This document shows positions 17,943 to 27,523 of a stretch of 64,000 nt of DNA, one piece after another. The translations under genes were made by a program, and so were the position numbers. Source of the DNA: Bdellovibrionota bacterium. GTDB taxonomy: Bacteria; Bdellovibrionota; Bdellovibrionia; Bdellovibrionales; JAEYZS01. The DNA is taken from NCBI GenBank assembly GCA_963169805.1, contig CAUJDY010000052.1, positions 19,579 to 83,578 on the forward strand, in the 5' to 3' direction. The notes under the pieces are model-generated. The model worked only from the letters and a program-made list of their open reading frames with translations, did not search any database and was not told the origin of the DNA. Each line of letters opens with the position of its first letter. Position 1 is the first letter of the stretch.

Positions 17943-18817
17943 TGTCAATTTTTGCTAATGAACTCGTATTTACAATTCTCTTTGGACTTTGTATATTTGG
18001 AATTTCTTATTTTCAATCTGAAAAAGTAATTGATTGGCTGAGGCAAAAAAGCTTAGGAAGTCGTGAATACGTTATTCAAAAATTAGAACTCATGTTTGTC
18101 GATGTAGATCATAAAAAACTAACAGCAACTATGCTACTTTTAAGTCTTGGTATAGGTTTTCTAGTTTTTTTATTAGTTTGGCCAAACTTAATAGTAGGAT
18201 TTATACTTGGATCCATAGTTACGTACTTTGGATGGCAGGCTCCTAAGTTTCTTGTAGACTATCTCTTTGAAAAGCGATCTGACTTACTTGTAAATCAAAT
18301 GGTTGACGGTTTAACAATCATGTCAAACGGAATTCGTTCTGGCCTAAGTGTTACTCAATCTATGGAAAGAGTTGTAGATAATATGCCAAACCCTATTCGC
18401 CAAGAATTTGGTCTAGTCTTATCACAAATTAAACTCGGCTTAAGTATAGAAGAAGCTCTTTCAAATTTGGGAAATAGGATCCCAGCTCCTGATATTCAAA
18501 TGTTTGTTACAGCAATTAACATACTAAAGGAAACTGGCGGAAACTTAGGAGAAACTTTTGCAACGATGGTTGAAACCATACGGGAAAGACAGAAGATTCA
18601 TAAAAAAATAGAAGCTCTAACCGCTCAGGGCGTAACTCAGGGAATTATTATTACATGTATCCCTTTTGTCCTAATGCTTGTTTTCTTTTTTGTTGATCCT
18701 GGTTTTATCAAACCCTTATTTACAACAACACTTGGAATCATACTTTTATTTGTGATGCTTTCTTTACAGATTATCGGTGGTCTGATGATTCGAAAAATTG
18801 TTAAGATTAAAGTCTAG
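17942..18817 (+). CDS. tadB: Tad platform protein (T2SS-F domain, TadB/TadC family); single copy
   Basis: 291-aa polytopic protein with one GspF-like cytoplasmic domain (GLSVTQSMERV...PIRQEFGLVLSQIKLGLSIEEAL). TAATG overlap with the ATPase gene. No second paralogue follows. Confidence 0.85.
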   Translation: MSIFANELVFTILFGLCIFGISYFQSEKVIDWLRQKSLGSREYVIQKLELMFVDVDHKKLTATMLLLSLGIGFLVFLLVWPNLIVGFILGSIVTYFGWQAPKFLVDYLFEKRSDLLVNQMVDGLTIMSNGIRSGLSVTQSMERVVDNMPNPIRQEFGLVLSQIKLGLSIEEALSNLGNRIPAPDIQMFVTAINILKETGGNLGETFATMVETIRERQKIHKKIEALTAQGVTQGIIITCIPFVLMLVFFFVDPGFIKPLFTTTLGIILLFVMLSLQIIGGLMIRKIVKIKV

Positions 18818-18903
18818 TCAAGAGATGCGTAATTTTCTCCTCATAATCTCCATTTTCTTATAAAATAAACGAAAGATATCAATCACCTCAAAGATGGAGT
18901 TTT

Positions 18904-20547
18904 GTGATGAAATTGGTCATGAGTGTTCAACTCAGTCTTCTCGCTTTTATAGGAATCTATTCTCTCCCAGCCACTGCCCTTGTAGATATGCAAGGCGCAA
19001 ACTTTACAGAAACATTTGTTGATATGGAAATACCTGACAGTGGTTATAATCTAAGAGTCGAAAGAGCATATAATAGCAGAACTTTGTTTAATGGAATTTT
19101 TGGCTTTGGAATGTGTTCCAATTTTGAAACAAAACTTGAAATCTTGGCAGATGGAAGGCTCAAACGAATTGAATGTGGATCAGGTCAGGAAATCGATTTT
19201 ATTCCAAGAACTTTTTCTGACAAAGACGTTCAATCTGGGATCAAAAAAATAATGTCTGCACTTAAAAAAGAAAATCCAAAAATGACAGCTACTCAATCTA
19301 AGGCTATCGAAAAGAGATTAACAGATGACCCTCTTTACAGAGATGAACAAAATATAAAGTTTGGAATTGAAAAGGCAATTAAAGAAGACACTGTATTTTA
19401 CTCTGTATCTAACTCAACTGATAAAATTGTATTTAAAAAAACACATTATCAAAGAGACTTAGAAGATGGCACCTCTGAGCGATTTGATCTGCAGGGTCGA
19501 ATTTCCTTTATGTATGATAAGAATAAAAACTTTATTAAATTTGACTACGATGGAAACAAGCTAATCTCCGTAACGAGTGCATCTGGAAATAAGCTTACAC
19601 TTTCTTACTACCAAACAGGTAAAGTAAAGGAAATCAGAGGGCCTCGCGGTCTGTCTTCAATTTATAAATATGATAAAATTAACGATTTATCGTATGTTAT
19701 GACAGCCGCTAAAGAAGAATATGAGTATAAGTACGATGCTCTCCACAATGTGGTAGAAATCACATACCCAGACAAGACAAAGAAAAAACTTGGATATAAT
19801 CAAGATAAAGACTGGGTTACAAGCCTCACAGATAGAAACGGCTGCACTGAAACATATAACTATGAGCTTTCCAAGACAGATCCTAAAAACAACTTCTTTT
19901 CCTCTGTAGAAAAAAAATGTGAAGGAAAAGTTGTTAATAAAAGTCGTTACGGATTTTGGTTTAAAGATAGGAAGAATAAAAGCAGTAGCTTTCTATCAAA
20001 ACTTACAATTGATATTAATGGAGTAAAATCAGAAATTGAATATCATGATGTTTTTGAAAAACCATTACGTATTAAAAGACAAAATGAACTCACAGTTTAC
20101 GATTACTTTGCAAACGGATTACTTAAGTCAAAAAAAGTAGGAAAATCCCTCATTACCTATACATATAACAAACAAAACCGTGTATCTGAGGTTCGTGATG
20201 GCAAGAAGTTTACAAAGTTTACTTATGATCCTAAGGGAAATCTAACTTATGCAGAAAACTCAGAAGGACAAAAAGTGCAATTAAACTACGATACTCGAGG
20301 AAGAATTGTTAAGTTGATAGATCAAGCTAAGCGACTTATTAATATTGAATATGATGATAAAGTCGGAAAACCTAGCATAGTAGAAAGGCCCGGCGTCGGA
20401 ACAATCTTTGTAACTTATGATTCAAGCGGAACGGTTCAGAAAGTTAGATCTAAGGATAATGATCCCACCGTTGCAGTCCAGGTTGCCTCAGCATTTAATA
20501 ACCTTATAGAAATTGTAACTCCAGCAGGAGTTCAGGTAGGCATATAA
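18904..20547 (+). CDS. Secreted YD/RHS-repeat protein (547 aa)
   Basis: Signal peptide. RHS-type N-terminal block LRVERAYNSRTLFNGIFGFGMCSNFE. Many YD repeats (YDGNKLISV, YKYDALHNVVEITYPD, YTYNKQNRVSEV, FTYDPKGNLTY, LNYDTRGRIVK). No recognisable C-terminal toxin or cleavage motif. Confidence 0.85.
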   Translation: MMKLVMSVQLSLLAFIGIYSLPATALVDMQGANFTETFVDMEIPDSGYNLRVERAYNSRTLFNGIFGFGMCSNFETKLEILADGRLKRIECGSGQEIDFIPRTFSDKDVQSGIKKIMSALKKENPKMTATQSKAIEKRLTDDPLYRDEQNIKFGIEKAIKEDTVFYSVSNSTDKIVFKKTHYQRDLEDGTSERFDLQGRISFMYDKNKNFIKFDYDGNKLISVTSASGNKLTLSYYQTGKVKEIRGPRGLSSIYKYDKINDLSYVMTAAKEEYEYKYDALHNVVEITYPDKTKKKLGYNQDKDWVTSLTDRNGCTETYNYELSKTDPKNNFFSSVEKKCEGKVVNKSRYGFWFKDRKNKSSSFLSKLTIDINGVKSEIEYHDVFEKPLRIKRQNELTVYDYFANGLLKSKKVGKSLITYTYNKQNRVSEVRDGKKFTKFTYDPKGNLTYAENSEGQKVQLNYDTRGRIVKLIDQAKRLINIEYDDKVGKPSIVERPGVGTIFVTYDSSGTVQKVRSKDNDPTVAVQVASAFNNLIEIVTPAGVQVGI

Positions 20548-20756
20548 TGGTCATATTATTCACTTTTTTTGTTAGTTTTTTGGCTGCTCAAAATCAAACT
20601 CAAGCAACAGAGGCTGCTGTAAGCACGAGTTGCGATGAATATATCCCTGGGGTTATTTGTACTCAAAAATACCAGTCACGCACCCGTCTATCTGATGAAG
20701 CTCCCAAGCCAAGTACTTCCGTTACACCCCCAGCAGCTTCTGCAGGGTCGAACTAA
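20547..20756 (+). CDS. Small secreted Cys-pair / Pro-Ser-Ala-rich protein (69 aa)
   Basis: Its start overlaps the YD-protein stop (TAATG). Hydrophobic N-terminus MVILFTFFVSFLAAQ. Two Cys residues (SCDEYIPGVIC). The tail looks disordered: APKPSTSVTPPAASAGSN. Confidence 0.5.
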   Translation: MVILFTFFVSFLAAQNQTQATEAAVSTSCDEYIPGVICTQKYQSRTRLSDEAPKPSTSVTPPAASAGSN

Positions 20757-20897
20757 AAGCGGTAGACGGCCGTCAACAAGCTAGACAATCTCATTCTGAG
20801 ACAAACTTGTAAGCACTTGAAATCACTAAGCTTTTATAAACAGATCCCCCGGCAAAGATGGCATACCCTCTGCAATGTATAGTCGTAGAGGTGTACT

Positions 20898-21059
20898 ATG
20901 AAATACGTAATGCTTGCTATATTATCTGTTCTTTATATGAGTTCAGTAGCATATGGGAATGCGGATTGCCCTAACAAGGGAAAGCTTAGTGCTTTTTCAT
21001 CAAAGGGACAGCTAACCCCACAAGATCCGATATTAACTACAAGTGACGGACGCAGATAA
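20898..21059 (+). CDS. Candidate small secreted peptide (53 aa), below the ORF-track cutoff
   Basis: I translated this myself: MKYVMLAILSVLYMSSVAYG/NADCPNKGKLSAFSSKGQLTPQDPILTTSDGRR. AGAGG RBS about 6 nt upstream. It competes with the antisense track ORF 20933..21160. Confidence 0.35.
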   Translation: MKYVMLAILSVLYMSSVAYGNADCPNKGKLSAFSSKGQLTPQDPILTTSDGRR

Positions 21060-21071
21060 TTTTCTGCGTTC

Positions 21072-21422
21072 TTACTCCATTTCGTAATCTTGATTCTCTT
21101 GAGCTTGGCTTTTGAGCTCTTGTTCTTTTTCGTACTTTTGACTTCTTTTGACTTTAACAATGTCTCGCTTACCAGGTGAATTATCAGATCTAAATTTTTG
21201 TGTTATCAAAGAATCAAATGTTTTGATTGCACCTTTATATGTAGATCTAAAAAGCGCCGCCCCACCTTGTGCAACTTCATTTAAAGGTTCCAATATACTG
21301 GATGTTTTCAAAAAAAAGTGTGTATGATTTTCTACAGTCTCTTCCCCTATTTTAATTTGCATAATTAACACAACCAGTACAGTTGCTATAAACACTTTCA
21401 GAACAAATCCAAGATGACTCAT
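21072..21422 (-). CDS. Membrane-anchored hypothetical protein (116 aa)
   Basis: N-terminal TM helix FVLKVFIATVLVVLIM and a charged K/E/Q tail. Its start ATG overlaps the stop codon of the upstream response-regulator gene by 1 nt. Confidence 0.5.
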   Translation of the reverse strand: MSHLGFVLKVFIATVLVVLIMQIKIGEETVENHTHFFLKTSSILEPLNEVAQGGAALFRSTYKGAIKTFDSLITQKFRSDNSPGKRDIVKVKRSQKYEKEQELKSQAQENQDYEME

Positions 21423-21796
21423 TATTGCCCCCTTTTTTCTAAACTCGTTTTAATCGTATGAATTAAATTTTCAATTTTGAATGGCTTCTCTACAAAATCA
21501 ACGCAACCAGCATCTAGAGCTTTAACAACCATCGACTCACTTCCTTCTGTTGAACACGCGATGATTAAGCTGGTAGGTTTAACTTTTAATATCTCCTGCG
21601 TTGCTTGAATTCCACTTTTAATAGGCATCACGATGTCCATCAAAATGACATCAAAATCATTTTCCAAGGCAATTTTTGTAGCCTCTTCTCCATTTTGTGC
21701 CTCTGCGGCCACCACAAAGCCATGCCGTGAAAGTATTTGCGTTAACACTTCCCGAACAAATGCTGCATCATCAACAATCAGTACTTTCTTTGACAT
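21422..21796 (-). CDS. Single-domain CheY-like response regulator
   Basis: Receiver motifs VLIVDDA, phospho-acceptor ILMDIVMP, and KALDAGCVDFVEKPF. ATG at 21796 with an AGGGA RBS is preferred over the GTG at 21826. Confidence 0.85.
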   Translation of the reverse strand: MSKKVLIVDDAAFVREVLTQILSRHGFVVAAEAQNGEEATKIALENDFDVILMDIVMPIKSGIQATQEILKVKPTSLIIACSTEGSESMVVKALDAGCVDFVEKPFKIENLIHTIKTSLEKRGQ

Positions 21797-21885
21797 TTCA
21801 TCCCTACAAACGTAAAAACCTTTCACTTCCGATTATATTATTGCTGACCCTGAAAACCCAAACAGTTATATTCAAATCTCGACGT

Positions 21886-22518
21886 ATGGAACAAACAACC
21901 TCATTTGCATATAAAATTATTAACTTCTTTATGACAGTCAGTGGCTTTGAAGCTTATGCACTCATTTTGGGAGTTCTATTTATATGCGGTATGGGTGTTC
22001 CTATTCCAGAAGACATTACACTTATTTCTGCTGGCCTACTTGCTGGACAAGGCAAAATATCTTTTGAGGGCGCAATGATTGCCGGACTCATTGGAGTGAT
22101 GATAGGTGACACCATTTTGTTTATGATAGGACAAAAGTATGGGAGAGCTGTTTTCAATTGGCCAGTTTTTAATAAAATATTTACTCCTGCACGTATTACC
22201 AAAGCTGAGCTTCAGATTCAAACGCATGCGCGCAAAATATGTTTTGCTGCGCGATTTATGCCTGGACTTAGAGCTGCAATATTTTTAACAGCCGGAATCA
22301 TGAAAGTACCTTTTAGAACATTCTTCTTTCAAGATGGAGTTGCTGCACTTATTAGTGTTCCCGTATGGATTTATCTGGGCTATTGGTTTTCTGATAAGAT
22401 AGATCAGGTCATAGAATTAGCTAAAGATATCAACATTATCATTGGCGTTATTATTGTTTCCGCTGTTCTAGGCTTTATTTACTATAATCGTAAAAAAAAA
22501 CTTAGACATTCGTCTTAG
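21886..22518 (+). CDS. DedA-family (VTT/SNARE-associated) membrane protein
   Basis: DedA signature: GVPIPEDITLISAGLLAG...GDTILFMIGQKYGR...FAARFMPGLRAAIFLTAG. The track ORF from 21697 is an extension antisense to the response-regulator gene. Confidence 0.85.
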   Translation: MEQTTSFAYKIINFFMTVSGFEAYALILGVLFICGMGVPIPEDITLISAGLLAGQGKISFEGAMIAGLIGVMIGDTILFMIGQKYGRAVFNWPVFNKIFTPARITKAELQIQTHARKICFAARFMPGLRAAIFLTAGIMKVPFRTFFFQDGVAALISVPVWIYLGYWFSDKIDQVIELAKDINIIIGVIIVSAVLGFIYYNRKKKLRHSS

Positions 22519-22575
22519 GACGCCTTGAAAGATTCTTTTTTGGAATTTCATTTTTTTGTGTGAAAATCATAGTAT

Positions 22576-24171
22576 ATGAGTATTTTCACAAAGTTCGGCA
22601 TCATTGTTTTATTATCTTTATGGGCACAGTTTTCTTTTGCGCAAACAGAAAAGAAAATAGAAACCTCGGCAATTTACTTAAGCGACACAGATAACCTAGT
22701 GTCTATTAAAACCATAGCCGTACTTCCATCTTCTGATAATGTTGATGGAATTTACGCACGCCCTCTAGAAGAAGAACTCAAAGAGATCATTAAGAAAAGT
22801 CACAGGTTTCAATTATCTTCAACTCAATTTACAGGTGCAGTTCAAACTCCCGAGGAGCTTGAACAGAATCCTGACTTGGTAAGTAGTCTCTCTCAGAATC
22901 TTGAGGGAGAAGCTCTTATAGCTTCTCGAGCATACAAAACTGCAAACACTCTCACTGTTCACATGTCTTTATTTCTCAAAAAAGATGGCAAAACAATTTC
23001 TCGAGAAATTATAAAGGAATCAAAATCCTTTGATCTTGCAAGACTCAAAAGCATCGCGTCCGAAGCCTACAAAACATTGATTAAAACCTTGCCGTATGAC
23101 GGTGTTATCATGAGCAGATCTGGTAGCTTGGTGACAGTTAACCTCGGTAAAAAAGATGGAATACGTCCAGGGCAAATATTAACTGCTGTTTTAATTATCA
23201 ATTTACAGAGACATCCAAAGTTAAATTTTATCATTAACACAGAAAAAGAAGTTCTAGGAAAAATTAAAATCCAAAAAGTAGATGAAACTCTTAGTTTTGG
23301 AGATATTATTTCTGAGAAAGATATCGGCACTATACAAAAAGGAAATAAGATTGCCGGTGTAGAGTTTGTTACATATTCAGAAAATTCACAGATAAATCCA
23401 CAATCTCTTCAAAAAGATACCAAAGATCCAATTGCTTTTGGGGAAAGTCCTAAGGAATGGAAACCATCAGATCCACCTGTTTTTGGAAAAGTTGGCTTAA
23501 GTTTGGGATTTGGGCAAATGAGGTACAACACAAAACTACAAAGTGCTGGCTCACTAAATGGAGAATCAAATTTCTATCCAACTTTTCTGTTAACAGGGCA
23601 GCTCTGGATGACACAAAATTGGTTAGCAGATATTGAAATTGAACAAGGTGTTGCTACTATCAAAAACCCTTATCCAAGCTCATCTCCCAGCGACCTTTCT
23701 GCTAATATCTCAAACTTTGCACTTTCGTTTGGATACAACTTTTTAATTCAGGATGATTTTTTTGGACCTTCCGTTTTGCTTTCTTTGGGCTATGGCTCTT
23801 ACGGCTTAGATGTTGATTCAAGCTCTCCGTTGGGCCTCACTTCAACACGGTATAAAGGATTTTTTCTGGGAATCAAAGGACTCATGCCAGTATCAGATGA
23901 CCAAAGATGGAATGCTGGCGTTGGTCTTCAATACTTTTTAAAGTCAGATCTATCAGAAAGCCCGCAAGGTAGCGGAAGTCCAGATAATACTATTACACGT
24001 TTTTCATTACTTGGATTTTACCAAAAAAATTCAAGACTCCGATTTACCGGAGCCTTGGATTTCTCTCTTTACTCAACTAGTTTCTCTGGATCTGGCACAC
24101 GCCCCGATCCAGCTGACGATGCTTCACAAAAGTACACTGTACTTCGTGGCGGGATTGAATATTTATTCTAG
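22576..24171 (+). CDS. Secreted protein with putative C-terminal outer-membrane beta-barrel
   Basis: Signal peptide LWAQFSFAQ. The C-terminal half has alternating amphipathic strands and ends in GGIEYLF, an aromatic terminal residue typical of OMPs. Confidence 0.5.
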   Translation: MSIFTKFGIIVLLSLWAQFSFAQTEKKIETSAIYLSDTDNLVSIKTIAVLPSSDNVDGIYARPLEEELKEIIKKSHRFQLSSTQFTGAVQTPEELEQNPDLVSSLSQNLEGEALIASRAYKTANTLTVHMSLFLKKDGKTISREIIKESKSFDLARLKSIASEAYKTLIKTLPYDGVIMSRSGSLVTVNLGKKDGIRPGQILTAVLIINLQRHPKLNFIINTEKEVLGKIKIQKVDETLSFGDIISEKDIGTIQKGNKIAGVEFVTYSENSQINPQSLQKDTKDPIAFGESPKEWKPSDPPVFGKVGLSLGFGQMRYNTKLQSAGSLNGESNFYPTFLLTGQLWMTQNWLADIEIEQGVATIKNPYPSSSPSDLSANISNFALSFGYNFLIQDDFFGPSVLLSLGYGSYGLDVDSSSPLGLTSTRYKGFFLGIKGLMPVSDDQRWNAGVGLQYFLKSDLSESPQGSGSPDNTITRFSLLGFYQKNSRLRFTGALDFSLYSTSFSGSGTRPDPADDASQKYTVLRGGIEYLF

Positions 24172-24510
24172 TTACCTTCTACGATCATAGTTATAGTTTC
24201 TACCGTACATCAAATGTTCCACAGTACTAAGTTTTTCAGCTAAATAATCAACTCTACTTTGTAGAACTAGAATGGCATTTCGGTGTCGAGATAATGTTCG
24301 TTCAACTCGATCTAAAATACGACGATCCCGTTCATCATAAAATTCTCCGCGGAATCCTTTTTCTTGAATATCGTCTAACCGATCCCAACTCGACATATTT
24401 GGCTCACTTCTCAAAGCAAACTTCTGTGCTTCTGCACTTGCTTGACCAAAGCTTGCGATAGAGAACAATAGCCCCAGTCCAACAATTGAATGAATAACTA
24501 GCTTATACAT
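24172..24510 (-). CDS. Small secreted hypothetical protein (112 aa)
   Basis: Signal peptide ending FGQASA, then a charged helical region. No motif recognised. Confidence 0.45.
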   Translation of the reverse strand: MYKLVIHSIVGLGLLFSIASFGQASAEAQKFALRSEPNMSSWDRLDDIQEKGFRGEFYDERDRRILDRVERTLSRHRNAILVLQSRVDYLAEKLSTVEHLMYGRNYNYDRRR

Positions 24511-24658
24511 AATAAACCCCTTTGTGTTTTTCCTCTCCCCTTAGAGCTGTCGGGTTCTGCATAGAGCAATGCTCATGCCATAAACATATTTGGCTCAAAT
24601 GAATTTAAACACTAGTTGGTTTATAACTTGGTATCAGAAGGTCATCAGAAAAATTTTT

Positions 24659-24717
24659 CCTGGTGCCAGGCACTTGGAAACGTTCGCCAACAACGTTTCC
24701 AAGTGCCTGGCACCAGG
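24659..24717. repeat. Perfect 26-bp-stem palindromic element (REP-like), copy 2
   Basis: CCTGGTGCCAGGCACTTGGAAACGTT (24659-24684) is the exact reverse complement of 24692-24717, with a 7-nt loop. It carries the same 20-nt core as copy 1. Confidence 0.9.
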
Positions 24718-24723
24718 AAAAAT

Positions 24724-24757
24724 AAAAAAGGCGCGATGTAATCACCGCGCCTTTTTA
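24724..24757 (-). terminator. Rho-independent terminator of groES-groEL
   Basis: GGCGCG (24730-24735) pairs with CGCGCC (24746-24751). It is flanked by an A-run and a T-run, about 30 nt downstream of the groEL stop. Confidence 0.75.
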
Positions 24758-24784
24758 TGGCTCACTATAGATCAGAAGATGTTA

Positions 24785-26434
<1,650 letters not shown>

Positions 26435-26451
26435 TTAAATATTAAATCGAA

Positions 26452-26748
26452 TTAATTAAAAATACCGAGAACATCTTCTTCACTGATCATGAGATATTCT
26501 TCGCCATCAAGTTTGATTTCTGTGCCTGAGTATTTTGAGAAGAGAACGTTGTCTCCCTTTTTAACTTCTAACGGAAGAACCTTACCGTCTTCTGTTACGC
26601 GGCCTTTACCTACTGCAACCACTTTTCCCTTTTGTGGTTTTTCTTTTGCTGTATCTGGAATAAAAAGCCCGCCCGCTGTTTTTGTCTCCTCACCTAATCT
26701 TTGGATGAGGATTCTGTTGTGAAGAGGGCGTACACCTAGTTCTGCCAT
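26452..26748 (-). CDS. groES: Co-chaperonin GroES
   Basis: [11 protein letters not shown]...[21 protein letters not shown]. 98 aa. Immediately upstream of groEL. Confidence 0.98.
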   Translation of the reverse strand: MAELGVRPLHNRILIQRLGEETKTAGGLFIPDTAKEKPQKGKVVAVGKGRVTEDGKVLPLEVKKGDNVLFSKYSGTEIKLDGEEYLMISEEDVLGIFN

Positions 26749-26846
26749 CTTAACCTCCTATTAGTTATTGTTAATGTGTTTTTAATTTTAATAATAATTT
26801 CAACTACTTAGTTTTTTCACATTTAAAACGTAGCCTTGCAGAGGAC

Positions 26847-26875
26847 AATATTGTTTCGGCCCCTCAACTTGTCAA
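26847..26875 (-). promoter_or_regulatory. Candidate sigma70-type promoter for groES-groEL
   Basis: On the minus strand, TTGACA (complement of 26870-26875), a 17-nt spacer, then AATATT (26847-26852). It lies about 100 nt upstream of the groES ATG. No CIRCE inverted repeat was seen. Confidence 0.35.
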
Positions 26876-26931
26876 GGGTACCCTTAAAATTCTCTATATT
26901 AAGTAAAAAGGAGAGGGGGGTGTCGATCTAT

Positions 26932-27399
26932 TTATTTTGCTGAGGCAGACATAATAGCAGTAGGATCAATTTTACGAGGTTTGGCAAAGCCGAACCGAGA
27001 GTTCTGGCTTGGTATAAAATTACGCTTTTTCTTTTCCTCAATCAGCTTATCGTAGGCCATTAGAATTTGAGCTACTTCCTGAGGCTCCATGTTCTGTACA
27101 GCTTTAGCAAAAGCTTCTGCATTGTTCTGGAAGTTTGGAGAAAGATATAAAACGAAGTAATCTTGTGCATTTAACTCTTGTGCAATTTGAAGATTGCTTC
27201 TAGCTTGCTTTAACTGCTCTTGCTCGTCTGGACCAAATCTAAGAGGATTATTTTTTTCGATGCTTTCTAATTTAAACACTTCTGTTTGAGCCTTCAAAAC
27301 CTCTGTCTTTTTCCAATCCTTAAAATAAACTACGTCCTGAGCATAAGTTTTTGCTCCAAGAATCCATCCAATCATAAGTGCAAGGGCCATTAACTTCAT
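26932..27399 (-). CDS. Secreted hypothetical protein (155 aa)
   Basis: Signal peptide MKLMALALMIGWILGAKTYA. No motif recognised. Confidence 0.45.
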   Translation of the reverse strand: MKLMALALMIGWILGAKTYAQDVVYFKDWKKTEVLKAQTEVFKLESIEKNNPLRFGPDEQEQLKQARSNLQIAQELNAQDYFVLYLSPNFQNNAEAFAKAVQNMEPQEVAQILMAYDKLIEEKKKRNFIPSQNSRFGFAKPRKIDPTAIMSASAK

Positions 27400-27523
27400 A
27401 AGATCTCCTCAAGCCTTACATATACAATTCCAAGGCCGCTGCTATATGAAATCTAATGACCATTGAGGGATTTTAATCTGAAAAAAGGTAAAATCAGGAG
27501 CCCAAGTTCGTCTTAATATACCA

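Noticed and set aside
18904-20756. YD/RHS-repeat protein plus a small downstream ORF read as a polymorphic toxin / immunity pair
   Set aside because: The YD protein is short (547 aa). It has no recognisable RHS core-terminating cleavage motif (PxxxxDPxGL-type) and no distinct C-terminal toxin domain. The downstream 69-aa protein has a secretion-type N-terminus, which does not fit a cytoplasmic immunity protein. The hit-locus-like reading fits the context better.
20933-21160. 75-aa minus-strand track ORF in the gap after the tad/YD region
   Set aside because: It overlaps the 3' end of the better-supported minus gene 21072..21422 in another frame. It has no RBS and a lysine-rich junk-like composition. 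The plus-strand 53-codon ORF with an RBS and signal peptide is the more plausible coding feature.
26749-26931. Looked for a CIRCE (TTAGCACTC-N9-GAGTGCTAA) operator or a sigma32 CTTGAAA/CCCCATNT promoter upstream of groES
   Set aside because: Neither motif is present on either strand. Only a sigma70-like TTGACA-N17-AATATT pair was found, and it is reported at low confidence.
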